A stretch of 64,000 nt of DNA from Patescibacteria group bacterium (lineage in GTDB: Bacteria > Patescibacteriota > Minisyncoccia > Phycocordibacterales > PALSA-1337): the NCBI GenBank assembly GCA_038065415.1, contig JBBTRA010000001.1, positions 7,894 to 71,893 on the forward strand, given 5' to 3'. Position numbers and translations under genes: made by a program. Positions 27,094-36,648 of the stretch are shown in pieces. Under the pieces are notes generated by a model. That model was not told where the DNA came from. It saw only the letters and a list, made by a program, of their open reading frames with translations, and made no database searches. Position 1 is the stretch's first letter. Every line of letters starts with the position of its first letter.

Positions 27094-28770
27094 TTACCGT
27101 ATCTGAATGAGCTTGGTGACACCACGGATACGATCTCCGAAACTCTGAGTGAAATCACCGAGAGCTTCACGATGGTCCGAAGCGAAGCTTTGCTGGTACA
27201 TACTGTCCACGGCAGCGATAATGTCTACTGTTCCAATACCGCTGACCTGCCCGTCAGGTAAGCTAGAGGTACGATCGCGTAGTATAGCCAAACGCTTCAC
27301 TTCTTTCACGATCGCCGGCACCATTGCGCCACTTACAATATCAGAAAGACGGAAGTACACTGTCTCCATTTCCTTACCCGTGTCGGCTACCCGATCGATC
27401 TGGAAGATGTTCCTTTTTTCAGAAAACACCTCATTCACGAGCAAGTCAGCGAGCATGTCCAGGTTCGAATCTTTGGCAATAGGGATACCCTTCATGTTCT
27501 TCACGAAGATCTCGCGAACAGCCGGACGATCCGGACGTTTGATTTCGACCTGTGCATCGATGCGACCAGGACGTATCACCGCTGAATCAAGGATGCCCGG
27601 CTTATTCGTCGCCAAAATGACAATCGCACCTGATTCTCGGACCCCATCCATCTGCGAGAGGAATGCAGGAACGATCGAGCGCAGCACATCACTGCTGATG
27701 CCTGAATCTCGCTTGGCCAGAATCGCTTCTGCCTCATCAATCATAATGACCGGTCGGATGCCCCACTTCCTGTAGAACTTCCGCGCGCGGGCAAAAATGT
27801 GACGAATCGTCCCTTCTGCGGCACCGACATACTTGTCGAGAATCTCCGGACCGGAGATCAAGATGAATCCTTGCGAGATTGGAGCACCTTTTGCCTTACA
27901 CAAAGCAGCCATCGAACTGTAGACCGCTTTGCCAAGCATCGTCTTGCTACAACCTGGCGGACCCCAAAGGAGAAATCCATTGGGAGCCTTCATGCGATAC
28001 GCGGCGTGCGTCTTGGGGTACATTTCATGCATCTCAAGTGCTTCCCTGAAGCGGCTCTTGGCATCCTCTTGTCCGCACACATCATCCCAGGTCACCAAAG
28101 TGTCTTCGGCAACCGCGAATGAATCATCATCCAATCCATAGTTCTCGAGAATCACCGTGCCGCTCGCATCGAGCACTACCCGGCCATTGGCCTCGAGCTT
28201 ACCTCCAAATTTCCCCGAGAACACCGTACGACGGTGACCTTGGAAATCAACTTCAACAAATCCTGCGTCGATGATGCGGTAGATAAAAGCGATATTACCT
28301 GAAGGTACCGCTTTCTCGACCGCAACGACTTTGGCAGACTTGGGATCAATCTTGACCACATCTCCTGCCTCTAGTTTGAAGCCGGTGACTTGGATCTCGA
28401 CCGTCTGACCACCATAAACGATGATAGCGTAGGTACGCTTCTCAGCTTCGGCAAATTCGAGATCGCACACACCTCCTTCTATCTCAGGATCTCCGATTCG
28501 ATACCGATTGGTGAAGCGCTCTTCCGGAGTTGCTGCGGGGAACCGTACATAGGCCCAGCCCGGTTCTTCCGGTTTGAGCAGAACGATTTCTCCGATACCA
28601 TTAGTTCTCGAGTCCAGTCCGAAGAACTTGCTTCCTGTAGCAATCCGAACGAGGGTCGATTTTTTGAAACTCTCTGGCCCCTGAATAGGTGACCGCTCGA
28701 TGAGCCGATGAACCGTGGCGTGTACCAACGGATATGAGGCGCTTGCCTCTTCCTGCGTGAGTTGGATCAT
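27094..28770 (-). CDS. AAA+ ATPase resembling the ARC/Mpa proteasome ATPase
   Basis: Beta-rich OB-like region, VTWDDVCG, GPPGCSKT, SGPEILDKYVG, IDEAE, SGISSDVLRSIVPAFLSQMDG, ATN..LD..VIRPGRID, VSGAM. Confidence 0.85.
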   Translation of the reverse strand: MIQLTQEEASASYPLVHATVHRLIERSPIQGPESFKKSTLVRIATGSKFFGLDSRTNGIGEIVLLKPEEPGWAYVRFPAATPEERFTNRYRIGDPEIEGGVCDLEFAEAEKRTYAIIVYGGQTVEIQVTGFKLEAGDVVKIDPKSAKVVAVEKAVPSGNIAFIYRIIDAGFVEVDFQGHRRTVFSGKFGGKLEANGRVVLDASGTVILENYGLDDDSFAVAEDTLVTWDDVCGQEDAKSRFREALEMHEMYPKTHAAYRMKAPNGFLLWGPPGCSKTMLGKAVYSSMAALCKAKGAPISQGFILISGPEILDKYVGAAEGTIRHIFARARKFYRKWGIRPVIMIDEAEAILAKRDSGISSDVLRSIVPAFLSQMDGVRESGAIVILATNKPGILDSAVIRPGRIDAQVEIKRPDRPAVREIFVKNMKGIPIAKDSNLDMLADLLVNEVFSEKRNIFQIDRVADTGKEMETVYFRLSDIVSGAMVPAIVKEVKRLAILRDRTSSLPDGQVSGIGTVDIIAAVDSMYQQSFASDHREALGDFTQSFGDRIRGVTKLIQIR

Positions 28771-28965
28771 ACTATGTTGTACCTTTCTTTGCTGTGTGGT
28801 TTGTATGTTGTAAAAGACCGCTCTACGGTCCTAAAATCTATTTTGTTTCTAGCATATTTTATAATATTTGTCAATTTATCTCATCTTTGTGTTGGGTGTG
28901 TATTAGACCAAAAATAAAAAACCGCCTGAATTCAGGCGGGTGGAGTGGTAAAAAAGTTCAATTGA

Positions 28966-29337
28966 TCACTGAAGCTTCTCAGGTTTCTTGTGGAAGATGG
29001 CGGTGTGGCCTTTCGTAGCGCCATACCTCGATTCTCCATTCCCAAACTGCTCGACGTCGGATACGATGGTCACAAGCTCAAGATTGGGATTCCCTTCGAT
29101 GAAGAGCACAATAGCCTTCCTAAACTCATCTCCCACAAAGGGAAAATGATAGACATTCTGGCCGCAGTGCCGCGGGTAGAGCCGTTCTGCTTCTTGTGCC
29201 GTGGTCGGAGGAACCGCTTTCTGACGATTCTTAATCTTATAAGCCACAGGCAGAATCATAGCGAACAAGATGCCTATGATTGCAAGAACGATGATGAGTT
29301 CGATGAGCGTGAACGCTTTCGTATTTCTATTTTTCAT
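28966..29337 (-). CDS. Prepilin-type N-terminal cleavage/methylation protein
   Basis: KA^FTLIELIIVLAIIGILFAMILP; SD AGAAAGG. Confidence 0.88.
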   Translation of the reverse strand: MKNRNTKAFTLIELIIVLAIIGILFAMILPVAYKIKNRQKAVPPTTAQEAERLYPRHCGQNVYHFPFVGDEFRKAIVLFIEGNPNLELVTIVSDVEQFGNGESRYGATKGHTAIFHKKPEKLQ

Positions 29338-29528
29338 GGAGCCTTTCTTTCAATAACAAGGGTTACGGACCTTCGCTTGAAAAGTCTTCTGGAAAGAGAT
29401 TGACATACTCAATCAGAGCTGTCAATGATACACAGTTGACATTTTATTGTATGTGTATTATTTTATTCATAGTAAAACTGTGTGCTCGTGCATACAAGTC
29501 CACATTGAAAAAATAGTGAGAATCCCCT

Positions 29529-30011
29529 ATGAACACAACCTCAACAGTCCTCCCTGAAAGAATCCTTAGTATCACCCTCGGCAGCTGGGATCCCCACGGA
29601 CCTGAAGCGCAAGGTTTCAGGATAAGCCCTCAAGCAATTGCTGCCCTCAAACATTGTGACTGCACACTGACAAAAGAACGATCTCGGATCGACATTGGCC
29701 TTTATTCAGATCAATCCTTCGGATCTGATGTGCCACTCTCGCGCCGCGAGATCTATGCTCGCGCTCGCGCGGCAGGCCTCGCCTTGTCCCCTGCAGAAGT
29801 CGGTCCTTGCCTGCGTCAAAGCTATGTGGATCAACCCAATGGAGAGCGCATACTCGTGGCCATGGACCCGCTCGCACATGCCCGCGAACCGCTCTATGTG
29901 TTCGCAGTCGGATGCGATGAACGCGGGGCCTATCTTGATGTGGACGACGAGAATCCATTACCTTCTCTCTCCGACAAAGTCCGGCGCCTCTGGGCATTCG
30001 TCGTGTCGTAA
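29529..30011 (+). CDS. Hypothetical protein (GLxLxPAEVGPxLR motif)
   Basis: EIYARARAAGLALSPAEVGPCLRQSYVDQP; own promoter and terminator. Confidence 0.8.
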   Translation: MNTTSTVLPERILSITLGSWDPHGPEAQGFRISPQAIAALKHCDCTLTKERSRIDIGLYSDQSFGSDVPLSRREIYARARAAGLALSPAEVGPCLRQSYVDQPNGERILVAMDPLAHAREPLYVFAVGCDERGAYLDVDDENPLPSLSDKVRRLWAFVVS

Positions 30012-30114
30012 AATTGCTGTTCTCTATCCGCTGTGACTCATACAGCGGATTTTTTGTATTCAAAATAATAAAAAGCCGCAATATTTGTCATTACGGCTGG
30101 TTCCTACCCACACT

Positions 30115-30564
30115 TCACCTGTCCCTAAACACTGCGAAAACGCCATTCGAGATATTGAGGTTCTCTGGGAAATACTTGAGATCAATCATATGATCTCCCG
30201 TATACCAGACTGATGAATGATTCTCCTGTGCGGAAAACACTATGACAGGAACAAGATTCGTATGCTCGCGGAGATATGCGAATACAGGCTCGAACCGATC
30301 ATCATCGCTGGCCTTGAAGAAATACAAGCCTCGCCCCAAAGGAATGATCGAGGCATTCTTACTGAGCTCTGTCGTCAGTAATATGCGCATACTGACCATG
30401 TTGGGGACCACACCATCTCCGACGCGATTCGGCGAAGCGTTGGATGACGCATGAGCGACAGCGTTGGTCATCGGTGGAGGTGGTGGTTCGCCCGTTTGAA
30501 CATCACAGCCATTGCAGGCAAGAATGAGGGGGATTGCGATGATGCACACTACAAGTGATTTCAT
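30115..30564 (-). CDS. Putative lipoprotein
   Basis: Signal ending ILAC/NGC, followed by a Pro-rich linker. Confidence 0.7.
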   Translation of the reverse strand: MKSLVVCIIAIPLILACNGCDVQTGEPPPPPMTNAVAHASSNASPNRVGDGVVPNMVSMRILLTTELSKNASIIPLGRGLYFFKASDDDRFEPVFAYLREHTNLVPVIVFSAQENHSSVWYTGDHMIDLKYFPENLNISNGVFAVFRDR

Positions 30565-30725
30565 GCTATTGATCTCTTTCAGTTATATTGGTTTTTTAGT
30601 CCTGTGTTCAGAAATACCTGCAAATCACTCTATAATACTATATAGAAATGTCAAGAGCGACCATGAATTTCTGTGTATAAAAATCCCCTGTTCTTGCAAA
30701 CAGGGGTTGAAGCTATATCGAAGCT

Positions 30726-32303
30726 TCAGAACGGATCCAACAACAGGACAATCTCCACGCGCGGCAGACGATAGCCATAACTGCGATCGGACTCCCCAGG
30801 AACGCGTGGCAACGGCTTTGTTCCGCCAAGACCTTCCGCCCTCAACCGCTGAGCATCGATGCCATGAGTCACCTCAAGGTATCGCGCAACCGATTGTGCA
30901 CGAGCTAGAGAGATCTCCTTATTGGCATCTTGGTCACCACGCACATCGCTGTGACCACGTACACCAATTCTGAAGTTCGGGTAGCGTTTCATCTTCCCCG
31001 CTATCAGGTCGATGGCTTCCTTGCCCTCAAGGGTGATCTCATCAGTCCCACTCTGGAACTTGATCGGCTCAACCTTGAGCGTGCCGACGTCCTGCATGCG
31101 TGACCATTGTTCATCAGTGAGCGGATTGAATGTACCACTGTGACCCTGAAGACCCTTGCTTTCCTCTCCTCCAACATTGGCAAATCCAGACTTTACCGCA
31201 GTCCCATAGAGATCTGCGATGAAGTCGCTCTTGGTGAGCATGAGTGGATTGCTGTCAGGCAGTGGATTGCGATCGAAGTCTCCAACTTGACGGAGCACCG
31301 AAACGGCCGCGTCGATTGTGTCTGCCAGCACCCGCTCAGGCCTTGATCCTGATACTTGAGTACCTGCAACACCAAACCATGTACGAGCATTGTCTGTGAG
31401 ATTGACCCACGACACGCCCTTGACCATGCTTGCCGCAGAGACCTCGTCAACCTTGAGTTCAGCGGCGATATCTCGTTCCAGCTCCTTGGGTTCGTTCAGG
31501 TAATGTTTGAGCACCCTGAAATACGATTGCAGAAGCAGTGAGACAATCTCGGGACGACTATTCATGGTTTGCCGATTGGCCAGAAGCACATCGACGATCA
31601 CATGATCGGTCTTTTCGCTTCCAAGCAATTTGACTACCCCCTTGATCTCGAGCGCCTTCGAAACCTGCGGCTGCCACAGTGTGGCAACTGAGACTTCGCG
31701 ACGTTTGAGTTTTCCGAGAGCATCAGCAGAATCCTTGGAATGAATGAGGAGACCGGAGCTTTTGGAACGGAAGAGTGGGATATCGAAGTCGACACCCGCC
31801 ACCTTGATAAGGTGGTGTGACGGCGAATCCGGAGTGAACGCAACCTTCTTGGTGACATTATTCCGGAGCGCATCGAGCGAACCGATTTCGTCGGCGTACG
31901 CCACGATTGCATCTCCACCCTTCGATTCATCAATGACGGAAACGATATATCCCGGATAACCCTCTGGAGCACCATTCAGCACAAAGGCATCTACGGTGCA
32001 CACAGCCAGATTGACCGAGTCTTCCGCCAGAGCTTTCATGCGAGCTTTATAATCAGCATTATCAGGGACACACTCGACGAGGTATCCCTCATTGAGCATC
32101 TCCTTCTTGAGCCGCTGAGAACGGAGTGGGAAATACCCCACCCAGTCATCCACAGCGATGATGATCTTGCCCTTAGTTGCCTTCGCATCAGACATGCGTT
32201 TCTGCACATGCTTTGCAATGAACGGCGCGGCGACTTTCCATCCGAAGAGGCCCAGCATCGAGACGATGACGAGGCCGATGAGAACTTTTGTCCAAACTTT
32301 CAT
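30726..32303 (-). CDS. Membrane-anchored NMT1/SsuA-like binding protein fused to an OmpA-like domain
   Basis: N-terminal TM, DDWVGY, DESKGGDAIV, LWQP; C-terminal IKFQSG..GHSD..NKEISLARA..RVEI. Confidence 0.9.
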   Translation of the reverse strand: MKVWTKVLIGLVIVSMLGLFGWKVAAPFIAKHVQKRMSDAKATKGKIIIAVDDWVGYFPLRSQRLKKEMLNEGYLVECVPDNADYKARMKALAEDSVNLAVCTVDAFVLNGAPEGYPGYIVSVIDESKGGDAIVAYADEIGSLDALRNNVTKKVAFTPDSPSHHLIKVAGVDFDIPLFRSKSSGLLIHSKDSADALGKLKRREVSVATLWQPQVSKALEIKGVVKLLGSEKTDHVIVDVLLANRQTMNSRPEIVSLLLQSYFRVLKHYLNEPKELERDIAAELKVDEVSAASMVKGVSWVNLTDNARTWFGVAGTQVSGSRPERVLADTIDAAVSVLRQVGDFDRNPLPDSNPLMLTKSDFIADLYGTAVKSGFANVGGEESKGLQGHSGTFNPLTDEQWSRMQDVGTLKVEPIKFQSGTDEITLEGKEAIDLIAGKMKRYPNFRIGVRGHSDVRGDQDANKEISLARAQSVARYLEVTHGIDAQRLRAEGLGGTKPLPRVPGESDRSYGYRLPRVEIVLLLDPF

Positions 32304-32467
32304 TGGGTATCCTTGGTTTTTGTTCTGTTGTTGTGTTGTAAGTGTACGTATGAAACTGTGAATGACCATAACATAATCAAACGATAAAGTCAATAGACTG
32401 GCAGTTCATATAAAAAACCCCTCTGCGTTGCCGCAAAGGGGTTGTGAACATGGTGCGAATGCCTGCA

Positions 32468-33178
32468 TCACTTGCTGAATGTGTCGGACTCGGCCAGCAC
32501 ATCCTGAAGGCCTTTTTTGACGGCCTCGGGCGATTGGGCGTCAGCATAGTGAGTCTTCCCTGGCTGATTCAGGCTATGACCCGATCCGATACAGAAGCCA
32601 ATCGTGTGGATGATAACGGGACTACGGTTGATCTGCTCGATCAGGCCATTATCGCCGTCATTCGCTTCTCCGTCAGTGACAACAACCAGGTGGTACTCGC
32701 CATAGTTGAGCTGTCGGGCCATCTGGACCTTCAAGCTCTCGAACGCGATCCCCATCGATTGATACAGCGGCGTACCGCTATTAGCGTAGATGTTATCGAT
32801 CGCCTGATCGAACATCGCCCGGTCACCATTTGACAAGGCAACCCTTTCGGAGATGCCGTTGCTGTCGAAGACGAGCAGGCCAAGGTTATCCTCGGGCTTC
32901 AGGTTCCGCGCAAATTCCTTCACCGCCTGCTTGGCGACGTCGATCTTGCGCGAATTCCCGGCACACTTGCTTTCTTGCATGCTACCCGACCCGTCGAAAA
33001 CCACATAGTAGTTCCGTCGAGTGAGCTTGCTGTCCTGAACGGGCGCCGATGCTTGTTGCGGCACCTCCTCAGACTGAATCTGAGACTGCTGCACCGAGCC
33101 TCCCCCTTGGGAAGGGTCGCATCCTGCAACCCAACAAAGGAGTGCCGCCGCCACGAAAGGCATGATGATTTTATTCAT
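32468..33178 (-). CDS. vWA-domain lipoprotein
   Basis: Lipobox VAGC, MIDAS DGSGS, GTPL, VVTDGEA, TIGF. Confidence 0.92.
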   Translation of the reverse strand: MNKIIMPFVAAALLCWVAGCDPSQGGGSVQQSQIQSEEVPQQASAPVQDSKLTRRNYYVVFDGSGSMQESKCAGNSRKIDVAKQAVKEFARNLKPEDNLGLLVFDSNGISERVALSNGDRAMFDQAIDNIYANSGTPLYQSMGIAFESLKVQMARQLNYGEYHLVVVTDGEANDGDNGLIEQINRSPVIIHTIGFCIGSGHSLNQPGKTHYADAQSPEAVKKGLQDVLAESDTFSK

Positions 33179-33202
33179 ATGGTATTCCTTTTGGGGCGAT
33201 GG

Positions 33203-34897
33203 TTACTTGACCGGCACGAACACGTCGGATTCTGCTTCCACGTTGGCGATACGGAAGACAACGCGCATATTGGCACGCCATTCCGCTTCATTTTCAGAAG
33301 CGAGAGGCTCGCCTTTGTACACGCCGGCTTTCTCGACACCTTTCTTCGGCTTCATAGCGCCATGCCCGACCGTAGTCACCTGACTCTCATCGAGACTTAC
33401 GCCTTTGCTCTTGGAGTATCCAACGAGCCCGTCACGTACACTGTTCGCGCGATTGAGCGACAGATTGATACCGGACTGCTTGCGCTGTCTGGCTTCAACC
33501 ATGTTGCCACTCTTGAGCGAGGTCAGGTAATTGTTCGGGTCGCTATGACCTTCGACCGTGAGGATCGCTCCCCGATAGGTCGAAGCGAGCTCAATGACCT
33601 TATCAAACTGATCCTTGTATTGAGCAGGATCGAAGTCCACGAGCTTGGGTTCGAATACCACCTCGAAGGTGAAGACGCTTTCCAGCGCATCCCCCTTCTT
33701 GGCGACCAATGCGGCAACCGCCGCCGGATCGAAGCGAGAACTTTCTGCTTCAACCACGGTATTCCGCAAACCCGACTTGATTTTCTCATAGTCGAATCCT
33801 GCGGACGCGAGCGTTGATTTGCTGGCGAGCAGCCCGAGCTTGATGAGCGCCTCCTGGTTCTCAGAAGACACCTTCTCGAAGCGACGGGGGTAACTGGCAT
33901 CAGTGAAGAACTTGACGTTCCCCTGGTATCCGACGAATGTGCAGTCTGCGAGGAGGCCTTTGGCATCATCGATCGCGTCCTTGCTGTCCAGGAAAACCTG
34001 GGCGGCGGAGGCCATGAACTTCTGATCTTTCGAGGCGTTCGCAAGCTGTTCTTCTGCAACCATGAGCGCATTGACGAACGCTTCGACTTCTGTCGGATGA
34101 TCACGGAGATAATCCGCGCGCACCGCATAGACGTCGGCGATCACCCGGTCCGCAGTCTTGGTAGACATGAGGTACCGCGCGCCTTTGACTGTCTTCTCTG
34201 CACCGCTGCCGATCTTGCCGGGTCCACCGGTAAGCTGCATTGCGTCTGGCGATATAACGAAGGCCGCATCAATCGAGGTGTCGGACCGGAAGGCTTCAGC
34301 GGGACTGTTGTCAGTACCGGTGATATCCTTCACATACTTGATCTTGACCTGACCGATATCCACGCCGGCATCCTTGAGCGTTTGCACAAGGAAGTCGACG
34401 TGAGGGCCATAGGCTTGAACCACAATCGTCTTACCCTTGAGATCAGAGGCCTCCTTGATAGTAGGCTTGACCACGAGGACATCGCCGCCGGACGACCAGG
34501 TCATCTGATAGATGACGATCGGACGGACGCGAGGATCCTTGAGGGCAGATAGCGCCTGATTGATCATACCGACCGTACCACGAAGGTATGGTTGGCCTGA
34601 CATATAGTCTTTGATCTGATCCGGGAAGACATCCTTGCGGATAATCTTGAAGTTCAGCTTCTGAGCGTTGAACAGACTTCCCGGTTGAGTATTCACTGCG
34701 CCACCATTGGCGTGCAGTGTAGCGATATCGCCGCCCCAGGTAATGACCGGGAGCTCGATGGCGCCAGACTTGACCGGACCGACTGTGCCCGTAACGAGCT
34801 GATCGAGCGGTTTGTTCTCAATGTATTGCGCCGCACTTGCGGTGAGTCCAATCATTGCCGTTATGAGCATCGCGAAGGATGCAATCATCTTCTTCAT
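33203..34897 (-). CDS. Secreted NMT1/SsuA-like binding protein fused to an OmpA-like domain
   Basis: Signal peptide ASA, ITWGGD, TWSSGGD, IADVYAVR; C-terminal VEGHSD..LSLNRA..NMRVVFRI. Confidence 0.88.
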   Translation of the reverse strand: MKKMIASFAMLITAMIGLTASAAQYIENKPLDQLVTGTVGPVKSGAIELPVITWGGDIATLHANGGAVNTQPGSLFNAQKLNFKIIRKDVFPDQIKDYMSGQPYLRGTVGMINQALSALKDPRVRPIVIYQMTWSSGGDVLVVKPTIKEASDLKGKTIVVQAYGPHVDFLVQTLKDAGVDIGQVKIKYVKDITGTDNSPAEAFRSDTSIDAAFVISPDAMQLTGGPGKIGSGAEKTVKGARYLMSTKTADRVIADVYAVRADYLRDHPTEVEAFVNALMVAEEQLANASKDQKFMASAAQVFLDSKDAIDDAKGLLADCTFVGYQGNVKFFTDASYPRRFEKVSSENQEALIKLGLLASKSTLASAGFDYEKIKSGLRNTVVEAESSRFDPAAVAALVAKKGDALESVFTFEVVFEPKLVDFDPAQYKDQFDKVIELASTYRGAILTVEGHSDPNNYLTSLKSGNMVEARQRKQSGINLSLNRANSVRDGLVGYSKSKGVSLDESQVTTVGHGAMKPKKGVEKAGVYKGEPLASENEAEWRANMRVVFRIANVEAESDVFVPVK

Positions 34898-35009
34898 AGT
34901 ACTGTTGTGCCTTTCTTGGTTTCGTTGTTTGTTTGCCAGTGTTCTGACGAAATAGCTGAGCACAATGCAATTATTTGCACCATGTTGTCAATGAACACCT
35001 TTGTACGTG

Positions 35010-35104
35010 AAATTAGCAGAATAATCGAGTTTTGTCAAGTACCACACAGCACATACTCTCACCTGACACCAAACCTTGACAAAACCTCATATTCGGGCTA
35101 ATTT
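35010..35104. promoter_or_regulatory. Back-to-back, closely similar promoters
   Basis: TTGACA-17-TAATTT on both strands (35038-35010 minus; 35076-35104 plus). Confidence 0.65.
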
Positions 35105-35148
35105 TCAAGCAGATCTTGGCTCAACAAAGCCAAGTGCTCCAAAGAACT

Positions 35149-35667
35149 ATGAAAAAGATCAAAACGCTGGTTATTACCCGGAAGACGGCTTTGCCAGTGG
35201 CTATCCAAAAATGCATTGAAGCACTGGGCAGTATCGCTGCCCCGCACATAGCGGAAGTGAACAAAATCGCCGACGCTCAACAATTGCTCAAAACCGAACA
35301 GCCGAACCTCATCCTCATCGACGGGGACTACGGCCTATTGGACAGCGAACGCTGGATTGCTCTGTCGAAGCTCACCCCCACCGCACTCAAGCTTCAACTG
35401 CTCGAAAATGATCGTGAGTTGCCGGAGAGCCTGCAAAAGCTCAAGTACCTCCGCGCCCTCAAGGAGGACGGTGTGGCTGTCGGTATCTTCATCGACAAGC
35501 CGAGCGAAGCGGTCATCAAAGAACTCGGTCGCCTCGGTGCTACATTCGTTCGTCCGAGTCTGAGCAGCATCACTTCAGGTGAAGCATCCTTCTTCCAGCT
35601 CATCCAGGGCGGCAAGACCGTATTGGCCGGCCTGCAGGATATCGGCAAAGCCTTGCTTCCCAAATAA
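35149..35667 (+). CDS. Hypothetical protein with a degenerate receiver-like fold
   Basis: KTLVIT..QPNLILIDG; followed by a terminator at about 35688-35715. Confidence 0.7.
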   Translation: MKKIKTLVITRKTALPVAIQKCIEALGSIAAPHIAEVNKIADAQQLLKTEQPNLILIDGDYGLLDSERWIALSKLTPTALKLQLLENDRELPESLQKLKYLRALKEDGVAVGIFIDKPSEAVIKELGRLGATFVRPSLSSITSGEASFFQLIQGGKTVLAGLQDIGKALLPK

Positions 35668-35723
35668 TCGTCACCTCGTACGACATAGCGCGCACCATCT
35701 CGATGCGCGCTTTTTATATACTT

Positions 35724-36290
35724 CTAATATTTCCTCACCACTCCCGTCACCACTGCCGCTATCTTGATGTCATACTCTGGATATATCGGCTTATACTTTT
35801 TGTTGGCAGGTTCAAGATAGACCTGATTTCCCTTCTTACGAAAATACTTCATAGTCCATCCTCCGTCCACTTCGGCGATGACGATGTCGCCTTCTTTGGG
35901 GTTCGACGCGCGCTCCGCAACCACCAAGTCTCCTTCTTGGATGCCTGCTTCTATCATCGAGTCTCCTTTGACCTCGAGCAGGTAGGTTTTATCTTTGTCA
36001 TTAATAAGATACTCATCGATGCTCAAGGTATCGAGCACCGTCTCTTCCGCCACCGTCGGGAATCCTGCCTCGACGAGTCCGAGCATAGGCACCTCTCCGA
36101 TGAGTTTGTTTGGGATGAGGCGTCCGCTCGAGTCCTTGTCGAGCACACCTTCTCCAACAAGCTTGTTGATCAGTTTGTAGACGGCATTCTTGGACTTAAA
36201 GCCAACGAGAGTCATAATCTCTGCATATGTCGGCATGCGTTTGGTCCTCTTGTAGAATCCAAGTATTTTGTTTTTGTATTCAGTAGTCAT
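35724..36290 (-). CDS. lexA: LexA repressor
   Basis: MPTYAEI wHTH, AG cleavage site (VEAGFP), GDSM serine, TMK lysine. Confidence 0.93.
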   Translation of the reverse strand: MTTEYKNKILGFYKRTKRMPTYAEIMTLVGFKSKNAVYKLINKLVGEGVLDKDSSGRLIPNKLIGEVPMLGLVEAGFPTVAEETVLDTLSIDEYLINDKDKTYLLEVKGDSMIEAGIQEGDLVVAERASNPKEGDIVIAEVDGGWTMKYFRKKGNQVYLEPANKKYKPIYPEYDIKIAAVVTGVVRKY

Positions 36291-36328
36291 ATGCTCTGGG
36301 CAGGGCGTATATACGATAACTATACCAT

Positions 36329-36520
36329 CTAGAACGCAAAGGCGAATACTCTCCCGAAAACACTCTCCGTCCTCGTCAGACGACGAAGCTGTTCGCTCAA
36401 CATTTTGTGGCGGAGCGCCTGTCGGCGGTATGACACTCCCTTGATAATACGAAGATCGATGTCTTGATTCAACCTCTCGATCTCCATGCGGATAGTTTTG
36501 ATAACTTGGTGTTTACTCAT
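36329..36520 (-). CDS. Small basic protein upstream of lexA
   Basis: 63 aa, helical, with a hydrophobic tail; downstream of the operator-containing promoter. Confidence 0.75.
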   Translation of the reverse strand: MSKHQVIKTIRMEIERLNQDIDLRIIKGVSYRRQALRHKMLSEQLRRLTRTESVFGRVFAFAF

Positions 36521-36555
36521 GGTGGTGGGGGCTTAAACTTGTATGCTATAAGTAT

Positions 36556-36575
36556 AGGTGAACAATCGTTCACCT
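36556..36575. promoter_or_regulatory. Putative LexA operator (GAAC-N4-GTTC)
   Basis: AGGTGAAC-AATC-GTTCACCT fills the spacer of TTGCAG-17-TATACT on the minus strand. Confidence 0.8.
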
Positions 36576-36648
36576 GCAAGTGGAAGCTGGGGATAACCGG
36601 GGGTGCATTACTCCCGAGCAATCCCCAGAGGGGATAACCCTGAATCTC

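Noticed and set aside
21510-35667. Prophage or ICE as carrier of the TelA locus
   Set aside because: No integrase, structural, replication or conjugation genes, and no att repeats noticed at the borders.
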